This document shows positions 33,954 through 45,354 of a stretch of 64,000 nt of DNA, in pieces; position 1 is the stretch's first letter; every line of letters begins with the position of its first letter. The notes below the pieces were generated by a model. The model was given only the letters and a program-made list of their open reading frames with translations. It searched no databases and was not told the origin of the DNA. The stretch is from assembly GCA_973895155.1 (NCBI GenBank), contig OZ316892.1, positions 19,417,869 through 19,481,868 of the forward strand, given 5' to 3'. This stretch comes from Marsupella aquatica. Lineage: Eukaryota > Plantae > Marchantiophyta. The translations under genes and the position numbers were made by a program.

Positions 33954-34454
33954 GTCCTCGCCATTTCAGGAAGATTCTCACCTGTTCGTCAAAACTGATT
34001 TTTGGGGAATATGAGTTTGTATAGACGGTATGCATTTGTCGAGAGTAAGAGTATACAGAACGAGAAAAAATGAGCATAAAATTCTCAAGTGGTGATCTCC
34101 TATTTATAGTTTTCTCACTAACCGTGGTTAGTATTTGACTGCAGTTGCATCGCAGTCGGTTAAATGTTACCATTCAGAAGAATCGTTTTGGAATATTCTT
34201 GTCGGGTAAACCAATATTGGCACTTTTACTGCGTTTTTTTTTTGTTTTGGAATTCCGCGGTTGGATCTGAAATGGGATACGCCGTATCCCATCTTCGTAA
34301 ATTCGTGTCGATTTTTCTCATTTTTTCAATTCAAAAAACTAGTTTTTAGTGGGAATACTAATTCCGTATCCAAGACTTTTTTGCCTTAAAAACTTTTTTT
34401 GCCGCGGGCAAAACGAGAAGTGTGGTCACACTTCTCGTTTGGTCCGTCACTGTG

Positions 34455-35978
34455 TTAACATTCATTGTGCATAATTTCAGAGCACGTTGGCAGTCAAAAC
34501 AATTCAAACTTTGTTTGAAAACTTTCCCTAGAGGAACTATAGTGTCATCTATTGATTTCTCTGAAAATTACACGTTCAAAATCCAAAATGAGATACACAA
34601 TCAACACTGGGATAATAGACAGGTCACTTTGTTGATTCATGTCACTTATAGGCATAGAGAAGATTGTGTGGAATCTCTGGAGGCTGCTATTGGAAGTACG
34701 GTTTGGATGGCATTGGATGAGGAGGGTGGTCGAGACATTATTGCAGATTATCATTTTTATATCAGTGATGACAATTGTCACGACCCTCTCTTCGTCCAAC
34801 ATTGCATGGATGCTCATAACCAATGGATGAGGGAGGAAGGAATTCAGTTTGAGCAACATTGGGTCTGGTCAGATGGGGCTGCTTCACAGTTCAAGGCTTG
34901 CAGACCTTTTTATTATGTATCCAGATACTACAAAAGATTTGGTGCACGCATGAATGGTATTTCCATGCTTCAGGGCACGAAAAAGGTGTCGCTGTAAGTT
35001 GCAATATTACTTTACATGTACATCCGCTCATTCCAGATTGTGTTTTAAGCTGAAGTTCCCTATAGTAAATTTGTTGTTCTATATTGATTCATCCAAGTTT
35101 CATTTCTTGAGATGAGTACTATGGTGTGTACTTTTAGGATGCCCTTGGAGGCCACATAAAGCAAGGGATTGAGAGAGAACAGCTGAAGGAATCCATGGAC
35201 ATTGATTGGAGAATGCCCATGATTGGTTTTGTTCTGCAAGGACAAATTTGCTATGGGCCAAGAAAAGGAGTATGGAGACGTCCAACTTGTTCGACGCCTG
35301 TTTTGGGAGATTCCAATGGGAGCTGTCAATCGCAAGAAGAAATGGGACTGTGATCCTATTCTAGGTTCCCGATCCTTACACTTCTTTGATGGATTTAGTA
35401 ATCGCCTATCAACTCTCCTTCAAGTCAGAGAACTTTGTTGTTTTTGTCCTCATTGCTTAGATGATGAACCTTTGCAATGTGAGAATATAAGTTGGGCTGG
35501 ACAGTTTAAGCTCGTCATGGTGCAAGGAGTTCTGCCAAGTGACGTGAGAACTGATGTGGAAGAAATGGGAGTGGGGGAAGGACTGTACCAATGGGAGGAT
35601 GGGCTGCTGGCCGAATTGGTTCAACAAGGTGACTTCTTTGCAGTGAAGGCTGAGATAGGTAACAAGTGGAATGTGGACTTCTACATTCTTCAATGTGAGC
35701 AGACTTTGCACACCGTGAAGAAGAGTTTCAAGGACTCGTATGGAGAGGAATTTAACGAGGGTGATTTAGCTTTGAGGGCAGTGTGGTGTCAACAGGTCTC
35801 AGGGCAATATAACAAATTTGTGGTGAACGATCTAGCTGGAGTGAGCTACGCCCATGCTGAGACAGTAGTTCACCTTAGATTTGGTCTCACTCCATGTGAG
35901 GCAGGAAAGGGACGATATAGAATGTACACCCTTGAGCCCGAGACTTTGGCAGCAATATATGCATCCTTGGGTTCCTAG
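34455..35978 (+). pseudogene. Sola2-like DDD transposase, 5'-truncated, with intron and frameshifts
   Basis: FIVHNFRARWQ, IDFSENY, QVTL, ISDD..HD, WSDGAASQFK, WYFHASGHEKG, DALGGHIK, GSRSLH, CFCPHC. Confidence 0.75.
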
Positions 35979-36029
35979 CAATATGAAGGAGGATACTGAG
36001 GTGTGTTCACCATTTTTTCTCCATCACCA

Positions 36030-36780
36030 GTCCTCTGTCCTCCCCCGTGTCCTTCGTTTGAAGTCCTTTGTCTTTTGTCTCTAGTCCTTAGTTATCCGTT
36101 GCTGGTCCTTAGTCCTCGGTCACTAGTCCTCAGTTCCTCAATCCGGAGTCCTCAATCCAAACGTCCGGAGTCCTCAGTTCCTCCGTCCGGAGTCCTCAGT
36201 CCAAACGTCCGGAGTCCTCAATCCGTTGGCTTCAATCCTTAGTCTTTGCCATGAGTCCTCGATTTCTCCCGTGAGTCCTCAGTCCTTTTCCCTGAGTCCT
36301 TAGTCTGAGTCCTCTACATCAGTCTTGAGTCCTCTGCATCAGTCTTGAGTCCTCTGCCTCAGTACTCAGTCCTAAACCCTCAGTCCTCAATCCTATACCC
36401 TCAGTCTTCAATCCTAAACCCTCAATCCTCAGTCCTCAGTCCTCAGCCCAAGTCCTTAGTCCTCTGCTTGAGTCCTCAGTCCTCTGCCTGAGTCCTCAAT
36501 CCTCTGCCCTAAATCCTCAGTCCTTCATTCTGAGTCCTTAGTCCTTTTCCCCGAGCCTTCAGTCCTCCATCCTTAGTCCGCAGTCCTCTGTACCCTGAGT
36601 CATCAGTCCTCCACCGTGATTGAGTCCTCAATTTGCCATCCCTACTCAATGAGTCTTGTGGCCCAAGTCCTGAATTAGCAAACTTTTGTCAATCCTTAGT
36701 CCTAAATTCCCAGTACCCAGTCTGCCCTTATGTCCTAAACAACTGTCCTTAGGGTTTTCCTGAGTCTAGAGTTAGAGCCC
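36030..36780. repeat. GAGTCCTCA-rich subterminal repeat tract, possible element end at ...AGAGCCC
   Basis: Dozens of degenerate AGTCCT motifs directly downstream of the transposase. Confidence 0.7.
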
Positions 36781-38752
36781 TGGGAGATATTATAGCCATG
36801 TACTGCTTGCTAAAAAGACCAAAATCTATCTTACTTATATATGTGTGTTAGATATTGCTCTAGTCTTGTGACTCATGAGCTAACCACAGTTAGTCTAACT
36901 CGGGTTAGGACTTAGCTAATGTTAGCGGTAGTGCTGTTGTGTATATAGCCAGGGCTGATGCCAGACCCTGGTGGAACAAAGGCTCATTGTTACGGAGCTA
37001 GTTGAGAGATAGGGAGAGCTTGTGCTGTGGATGCTTGGTATGGCCGGTCGGCCTAGAGTGCAGTAAAGCTCTTGTATGTTCCCGTGGACGTAGCCTCATG
37101 GGAGGTGAACCACGTATCTCTCTGTGTCGACTCTTGTGCGTTGGATGGTTCATGGGCTTGCCGTTACGAATGTCGTCTATGCTCAACAAGTGGTATCAGA
37201 GCATGCCTAGGAGGTGACGAGGTTTTTTCGTGACAGGTTTTTTCCAGTGTTCATTGTCGATGGTACATTCGGAGTTTTGTCGCATGAAACTCAAATGTGT
37301 GTGGCTGTGCGGATAGGTTAGTGAGAGGGCTTTCTAACGGTGGTTAGAACTCGCTGATTGGTATCCATGGTGCGGAGGAATTGAAGTTTGCGTTGTTCAG
37401 GTTTTATTCATGTTCGACGGTTTTTCGAGGGAGAGACTAGAATTTGTGTTTTCAATGGTATGAGCTGTGCAGTGCGGGAGGCGTCGCATGTTGTAGCTCA
37501 TGTTGAAGGTTGAAGCAAGCTGGTCGTTTTGGTAGCTGGATTGTTGCCGAGTTGTTACCGAGTGCGACTTGACAAGTGACGGAGGCGTTCAGGTTATTTC
37601 ACAAGCTATGGAGCTTATTCTCATCTGAACCGGGTTTCTCTTCGTGACGTCCGACTCGGTGGAAGAAACGCGAAGTGCTACGGCTCAACGGTTTGATCGC
37701 GGCGAAGCGGTCATTTTGAGTCCGAGATTGGCACTTGACGCGGAGTGAGTGTGATGCAGCGGATTTTTTTTTCTCTACTGGAGCTGCAGACTGTGCTGGT
37801 GCAATTCAACAACATTTCCTGTCAGCGGCGTTCACTTTACTCGTGACAAGCAGCGGCGTTCAAGGTGTGTAAACGGCTTTTTTGTTTTAAAGTCAAATCT
37901 TGGCTTAGGTTAGGGCCACTTTTGGTGTGTATACACACCCTCCCGGCCCTTGGTCCCCCATCGTTTCCCCTTGTACGCCCGACCCCCCCGCACCTTGTTT
38001 TCCCCTCATCCTTCAGCCGCGGCGACGAGCTGCGCAACACCGGCCGGCACTTTTTGCGCGCTCGTACGCCCTCCGCCATACTATGTCGGTTGCTACCACG
38101 GCATCGCCCTGTCATCGTATGCCCAGCCCTTTGCGGCTCTACGCCGCTTGTACGCGGCTGTACCCTCATCCCGCCCCGACGCCGGCCATACGCCCTTCGT
38201 ACCCCCGGCCCTTTACGAGGTATTTTAGGCTTTAAGGGGCTTAAGCACCCCCTTTAGTGCCCATTTTTAGCCTTTTTTCCCTCTCATTAGTTTGTCCCAT
38301 GTGCCGGGACCTGCCGCCCTCCGTTTTAACCGCTTGGACAGGGGGAACGGCCCCAAGTGAGACCTGCTGTACTGTGCGGGAATATTCCCAGAAAACAGAG
38401 AGCTGTTTTTTGGCCGTCCGACAAAGATTCCGTCCGCCGAACGGTAACTTTTTTGGTTCTTTTTCGGTGAGGACGTTGCCACTGGAGTTAGCAACACGGT
38501 GCACCGATCATATCGCGATTCCGACGACGGGTTGTACTGGGTATTTTGGTTATTCTCCGAGGTGGTCAAAACGGGGGAGTTTCCCAAGGTTTGACCCACC
38601 CCGACCGAAATTTGAATAACTTTTCCGTCGAATTTTGATTTTGATTTTGGCTTTCAGTATTGGATTCCTAGCTTTGTGGGCTACGCGGCAGTGTTAAGTT
38701 TTGAGTTTTATGAGAAGTTTCAAAAAAAGATGTTTTTTCGTGACTGTTTCAT

Positions 38753-39808
38753 ATGAGTGACTCGGAGGATACTGGAAGAATTGGCGTCGGTGGAGCTTCA
38801 GGATCGCGACAGTCAAACGGAGAGTCTGAGGAGGAGCTGCTACCGTTTGAGGAAGAACTAGTGACACCGGTACGATCACCGGTGCGGCGTGCAGTGGAGG
38901 AAGCTATGTTACTACCAGAGCTGTCGGTAGTAGGGAAGAAGAGGGAGATGGCTAGATTTGAAGGAGTAAAGTTTGAGGTGGAGAAGTACGATGGTCGTAC
39001 TGATTACTTGCTGTGGGAGAAGCAAGTCAAGGGTGTCCTTCGGGCCATGGGCTTAGCTCATCTGCTCTCTTCGCGAGAGCATTATGATGGAGAGGAGGAG
39101 ATTTCAATGAGGCAATGGAGGCAGGAGCAGGTGATTGCTGTCAATGTAGTGATGCTATATCTCAAGCCGCACATCATCAAGCAGCTGGATGATTATACGG
39201 ATTGCGCATCATTGTTCAAGGCTCTTAGAGAGAAGTACTACCGGGAAGATGCATCAGACCGGCTGTACAAGAAGTCTCTCTTGATGAGCCTCAGGCTCAA
39301 GGAAGGGAGCAAGATGCAGGATCACCTGGATGAGTTTGACAGTCTAGCGGTGGATCTATCAAACCTGGGAAAAGGAGTTGAAGATGAGGATAAGGCCTTG
39401 CTTCTGCTGAGCTCCTTACCGTCGTCTTATCAGGGTTTGAAACAGGTTCTCTTGTACAGAGATCTGAAGTCCATTTTGTATAATGAGGTGGTGAGCTCAT
39501 TACTGTCTGATGATGCTCAGAAGAAGTTGGGTCAATCACAGACAGCATCTTCTTCTGGCACTGCGCTCAATATAAACAGGGGAAGAGCAGCGCAGTGCAC
39601 GAATAGACAGAATAGGTTTAGATCTACATCACGGGGGAGATCTAAATCCAGAGGGAAATCGCAAGAGAGGAAGCCTCTTGCATGTTGGAATTGTGGCAAG
39701 CCTGGCTACATGAAAAGGGATTGTCGAGTAAAGGTCCCTACTGCCTCTGCTAATGCGGCATCGAGCTCGCATGAGGTAGATTTACTCGATGATGATGACA
39801 TATTGTGA
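38753..39808 (+). CDS. gag: Copia Gag
   Basis: VEKYDGRTDYLLW, EDKALLLLSSLPSSY, zinc knuckle CWNCGKPGYMKRDC. Confidence 0.9.
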   Translation: MSDSEDTGRIGVGGASGSRQSNGESEEELLPFEEELVTPVRSPVRRAVEEAMLLPELSVVGKKREMARFEGVKFEVEKYDGRTDYLLWEKQVKGVLRAMGLAHLLSSREHYDGEEEISMRQWRQEQVIAVNVVMLYLKPHIIKQLDDYTDCASLFKALREKYYREDASDRLYKKSLLMSLRLKEGSKMQDHLDEFDSLAVDLSNLGKGVEDEDKALLLLSSLPSSYQGLKQVLLYRDLKSILYNEVVSSLLSDDAQKKLGQSQTASSSGTALNINRGRAAQCTNRQNRFRSTSRGRSKSRGKSQERKPLACWNCGKPGYMKRDCRVKVPTASANAASSSHEVDLLDDDDIL

Positions 39809-42800
39809 TGTCAAGGTTATGCTCTCAACGTAGTGTCAAATCCAGGTAGTGATGACTGGATTCTAGATAGTGCATGTATTTTTCACATTTGCTCTAGGAG
39901 AGATTGTTTCAGTTCTTACACGGTTTCCAACGGGTCAGTGTTGATGGGAAATGGAATCCTATGTCAAGTTGTTGGACTTGGATCTGTAAGATTTCAGATG
40001 TTTGATGGTGCTGTGAGAGCATTGAGGAATGTGAGACATATTCCCAGCATGATGAAAAATCTCATTTCACTTGGAGTTTTAGAGGCAAATGGCCATTAGT
40101 GGAGTTTTGCTAATGGTGTCCTTCAGGTTTCAACTGGTACTAAAGTTGTATTGAAGGGAAAGAGACATAGCAATCTATACGTTTTGGAGGGCAGTGTAGT
40201 TTGTGATGAAGCCAATGTAACCTTATCTCATGAGGAGACGGTCCGGCTGTGGCACTTCCGTTTGGGCCACATGAGTGAAAAAGGTTTGGTTATTTTTCAG
40301 AAGAAAGGATTACTTTCTAATTTGCAATCTTGTAAGTTGGAATTTTGTGAGCACTGTGTGCTAGGGAAGCAGCACAGGAAACCCTTCGGAGTTGGAACTC
40401 ACACCAGCAAGGAGGTACTTGAGTATGTACATAGTGATGTGTGGGGTCCAGCCCCTACTCCCTCACATTCTGGACGGTTATACTATGTCACGTTCATAGA
40501 CGATTACTCAAGGTATGTGTGGATATACTTTCTACACAATAAGTCTGATGTTTTTGCCACTTTTAAGGAGTGGAAAGCCCAAGTAGAGAATCAGACTGGT
40601 AATAAGGTGAGATATCTTCGATCGGATAACGGCGGTGAATATAGTTCTGGGGAATTTGGAACATATTATAAGGAGCAGGGGATTACCCGCCATCTCACAA
40701 CAAGTTATACTCCTCAGCAGAATGGTGTTTCTGAGAGACTCAACCGAACACTATTGGACCGCTCGAGGAGTATGTTGAGTCAATCATGCTTACCACATGA
40801 GTTTTGGGCTGAAGCTGTCAACACTGCAGCTTATTTGGTAAATTTTTCTCCATCCAGTTCTATTGGATTCAAGACGCCATTTGAAATGAGGTACGGCCGT
40901 CCAGCAGATTACTCACATCTGAGGATTTTTGGATGTGATGCTTATGTGCTTACACCTTCCCAGCTTCGATCCAAGCTGGAGACCAAGTCGAAGAAGTGCA
41001 TTTTCCTTGGCTATCAGAAAGGTGTGAAAGGTTATAGGTTATGGGATCCAGTAACCTGTAAACTAATTGTCAGTAGAGATGTGTCCTTTAATGAATCCAG
41101 ATCATCAAAGGAGGGGGAGAGTTCTCAAGACTCCCATACTGACAAGGGGAAATCTCCCATCCCGGACCGGGTTGAGGGGGAGATTAGTCATGATGCAGTT
41201 CATGACAGGAGAGATGGAGAAGCTCCAGGCTTGGAGCTGGTTCCTATGATGGAACAAGAGGAGCAGATTGTTGCTGGGGTACCTCAAATTCAACCAGGCA
41301 GCAGCAGATCAGCCTGAGTCATCTACTAGAAGAACTTCCAGTCATTCTACTAGAGCTCCTACCAGGTATGGTCAATGGGCAGACTCATCTAAGCTAGATG
41401 ATATTGACATTGCACCTGATGAAGATGATATGGCTTTGATCTTGGAAGAAGGAGAGCCTTCTTCGTATAGTGAGGCTTGTGCTTCAGAGCAGAAGCATGA
41501 GTGGAATGCAGCAATGCAGAGGGAGTTGCAATCTTTGAGTGACAACAAGACATGGGAGCTGGTGGAGCTTCCAAGAGGTCAGCAAGTGGTGGACAGCAAG
41601 TGGATTTACAAGTTGAAGGACAGTCCTTCAGAGGGTGGAGATAAGATCTACAAGGCACGGCTTGTTGCCAAGGGATTCACTCAGGAGAAAGGAGTGAATT
41701 ACAATGAGGTCTTTTCACCGGTTGCTAAGTATTCCACAATTCGGATCTTGTGTCAGCTTGTTGTGTTTTTTGGTCTGGCGATGGATCAGATGGATGTTGT
41801 TACTGTTTTTCTCTATGGCAACTTGGAAGAGTTGATCTTCATGAGACAGCCACTAGGCTTTATGAAGAAGGGCCAAGAGAACTTAGTTTGCAAATTGCTC
41901 AAGTCCTTGTATGGATTGAAGCAGTCTCCCAGACAATGGAACAAGTGGTTTGATGATTTCATGCTTGCTCAAGGTTTTACAAGGATGGTGTATGATCATT
42001 GTGTGTATACGAAATCAGTCAAGAATGATGTATTCGGTTTCATCATTCTGGTGATCTATGTGGATGACATGCTGATTGTGGCTAAAGATCAATCTGAGGT
42101 TGACAGTCTCAAGGCAAAATTGAGTGCTGAATTCAGGATGAAGGATCTTGGTAAGGCCAAGAGAATCTTAGGGATGGAGATTTTTAAGAACTCTGAGACT
42201 GGACAGTTGTGCTTGAGTCAAGGCCAGTATGCGACGAAAGTACTTGCACGATTCAACATGGAGAACTGTAAGCCAGTGAGTATTCCTTTACCTTCACATT
42301 TCAAGTTATCATCAGCTTTCTCTCCTACGGATGCTGTGGAGAAAGGTCTGATGGCTAAGATTCCTTATGAGAAGGCAGTAGGCAGTCTGATGTATTTGAT
42401 GACTTGTACTAGGCCTGACTTGGCCCTAGCGATGGGCAAGGTTAGCAAATTCATGTCAAATCCAGGGAAGGTACACTGAGAAGCTGTGAAATGGATTATC
42501 AGGTATGAGAAGGGAACACAGGACTATGGATTACTATTTGATAACAGATCAGATAGAACGTTGGTTGGCTATGTAGATTCTGACTATGGAGGCTGTGTGG
42601 ATACAAGGAGGTCTACAACTGGGTTTGTTTACACTCTTGGAGGAGGATGTATCAGTTGGAAATCTACCTTGCAGAAGTGTATATCTCAGTCTACTACAAA
42701 AGCAGAGTATGTTGCAGCAGCAGAAGCAGCAAAGGAAGCAATTTGGTTGGATAAGTTGATCGCGGAGATGGGTTTAGAGCATGGAAAAATGACTCTAAAT

Positions 42801-43010
42801 TGTGATAGTCAGAGTGCTCTTCACTTGGCTGCTAACTAGATGATGGATAGCAGGGTGAAGCACATTGATATCAGGTACCATTTTATCAGGCAAGCAGTGT
42901 CTGATAAAACTTTTGAGCTAGTCAAGATTGATGGAAAGCTCAATCCCGCTGATGCTTTTACCAAAGTGATTCCTTTGGAGAGTTTCTCAAGACACCGTGC
43001 TACTTTGTAG
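39809..43010 (+). pseudogene. pol: Copia Pol (PR-IN-RT-RH) with stops and a frameshift
   Basis: WILDSA, LWHFRLGH..CEHC, HSDVWG, RSDNGGEY, KARLVAKG, SLYGLKQSPRQW, YVDDML, YVDSDY, KHIDIRYHF. Confidence 0.93.
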
Positions 43011-43749
43011 GTTTTGCAGTTGTAGTGCAAGTAGAGTTATTTAGCAATGTGTGACTATTTGTATATGGATTACTCATTCCTGTTAGGCTACAGCTTAGTT
43101 CTAGTTAACCCTTAGTTAACCCTTGTGGTTTTTAGGGGGAGACCTGGTTTGGTGATTGTCTAGAACTTCTCGCTGAGGATTCCATATGGTAGCATTTAGT
43201 CCAGTCCCCAAGACAAGAGTCAAGGGGGAGTTTGTTAGATATTGCTCTAGTCTTGTGACTCATGAGCTAACCACAATTAGTCTAACTCGGGTTAGGACTT
43301 AGCTAATGTTAGCGGTAGTGCTGTTGTGTATATAGCCAGGGCTGATGCCAGACCCTAGTGGAACAAAGGCTCATTGTTACGGAGCTAGTTGAGAGATAGG
43401 GAGAGCTTGTGCTGTGGATGCTTGGTATGGCCGGTCGGCCTAGAGTGCAGTAAAGCTCTTGTATGTTCCCGTGGACGTAGCCTCATGTGGAGGTGAACCA
43501 CGTATCTCTCTGTGTCGACTCTTGTGTGTTGGATGGTTCATGGGCTTGCTGTTACGAATGTCGTCTATGCTCAACAATGTGCATTACAGTTGCTACAGTA
43601 GGTTGGTTGAAGTCTATCTGCTGAACTGTTCTTCTCTGCGTTGTCATGATAATTCAATTATTCATGATGAAATCATTATCACTAAGTATATTAGTAAGTA
43701 TATAGGTTATTTATATTTTGTTACAAGGTTAAATAATTTGACTATTACG

Positions 43750-44045
43750 TATGTGCATGCAAGGTAAGCAACTATGTAAACCACAAGATGCATGCACAAA
43801 TTGTTTGGATGCATGTGCAAATTATTTTATTTGTATGCAATAGTCGTTTTATGTGCATGCAAGGTGAGCAAATATGCAAGCCACAAGGTGCATGCACAAA
43901 TTGTTTTAGATGCATGCAAATGTTTTTACTTGCATGTATTAGTTATTTTATGCGCATGCAAGGTGAGCAAATATGCAAGCCACAAGATGTATGCATGCAC
44001 AAATTGTTTTAGATGCACGCATTAGTCGTTTTACTTGCATGCATC
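43750..44045. repeat. ~100-bp tandem repeat, 3 units, rich in ATGCAT
   Basis: gtgcatgcaaggtgagcaaatatgcaagccacaag..gcacaaattgtt recurs at ~43752, 43852 and 43951. Confidence 0.8.
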
Positions 44046-44207
44046 ATTTGACTTGATTGCAATAGTACTAGCACACATTTCTACGTTGGATGTGTGCCAC
44101 TTGGCTTTCATCCAAGCGTTTGGGCGTAATCTATGCCCTCTTGGATTCAATATAAATAAAGTGGTGAGGAACACTCTCTCTTCATTCCCACATTTTGATA
44201 ATTTCCG

Positions 44208-45239
44208 TGTCGAAGCGATCCTCTTTTCTTCTCTCATCTTTCTCTTCTATTCTTTGCCTTATGTACATAGTAGTGGGGCATCCTTTGGCTCGGATAGCAA
44301 ATAAATGAGTGCTAGTAGACTTATAGATGAGACCTTAGGGGTGGGGCATCCTTTGGCCCGGATAGCAAAGGAACAAGAGAGTCATTATGAATCCAAGAGG
44401 GAGAGATATCCCTAATCTTCTCCTTTGTAACCCATTTTTTGGTTAGAGTCCATCTTTTAGACAAGCCATCCATGAGACAACATTTAATTTATCACTTTGA
44501 AGCTCAATTTGCAACTGCTATTATGAGTTTTAATGAGCCAATAGTATACCCAGTAGTGTCTTACTGAGAAGAGTGGGAGTGCATTATCTTTGTTCTTTAT
44601 TGAAGTCATGGTCAATTGCAAGCTTGAGGGGGGCAAAAAAGATATCCAATTTCTTCACCAAAAGGATTCTAGTCCTTTCCAATTTACAAGGGATGAACAA
44701 GGTGTTACACCAAATGGCTAGGATTAGTTTATTGAGATTGGATGGTGAGATCTTGCATGCCAAGTCTTTGAAAGTGTGTCCAGGCTTTAGGAAGTCTCAA
44801 TCTTCTTGAAAGTGTGCACAACAATTTTGGAAGTGTGTCAAACCTTTATGGAAGTGGTATTCAATTAAATCTTTATGATCTTTGAGGACTTTACTTTTCT
44901 CTCCTTTTTGAGCTAATCTTTTTTGCATCCTTTTTCCCCCTCAATCTTGCAATTGATCTCATGGATCTAAATAGGAGTCTAGATGATATTCCTATTTTAT
45001 TTTTTCTTGGAGATATTAGGATTGTATGTCGTAGAAAAATTAGTTTTCGAGATGTGTTGATCCGCAAGTATGGTGAAGTAGGATTTAATAATATATTAGT
45101 TTCACCTGAACCTTTCTTAATACCCACCACCCTTCTTACAAGAGTTATCATTTTAGTTTTAGTGTAGAACTTATGGGCATGCAAGGTTGACTTCATAAGA
45201 GCCAACATGCTCTTACCAGAAAACACGGTCACTCGGACA
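44208..45239 (+). repeat. Putative 5' LTR of the second gypsy element
   Basis: TGTCGAAG...CTCGGACA termini followed by PBS-like TGGCGACCATATTGGGGA at 45244. No second LTR in the window to confirm. Confidence 0.5.
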
Positions 45240-45354
45240 TAAGTGGCGACCATATTGGGGAACCGCTGGATTTTGGAGTTAGCTTGTGCATGTCTAAGTT
45301 TTGGTTGATGGAGAGAGATGATTTTGGAACTATAAGTCCTTAAATTGTGAGTAT

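Larger units (their letters stand above)
26104..34454. mobile_element. Right arm of an unclassified large DNA element (left arm 8649-9471)
   Basis: Shared palindrome family throughout; convergent genes; abrupt switch after ...GGTCCGTCACTGTG into the middle of an unrelated transposase. The left terminus and TSD are not in the window. Confidence 0.55.
36846..43576 (+). mobile_element. Full-length Ty1/copia retrotransposon (Tork/Tnt1-like)
   Basis: LTRs 36846-37188 and 43233-43576 (TG..CA; 4 substitutions and 1 indel); TSD ATGTG; PBS TGGTATCAGAGC 37191-37202 (tRNA-iMet); PPT AAGGGGGAG at 43222-43230. Confidence 0.97.

Noticed and set aside
37191-37202. tRNA gene
   Set aside because: Only a primer-binding site; no cloverleaf. 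No tRNA or rRNA gene was recognised in the window.
37837-38619. Overlapping GC-rich ORFs in the copia leader
   Set aside because: Open on both strands because of high GC content; no motifs.
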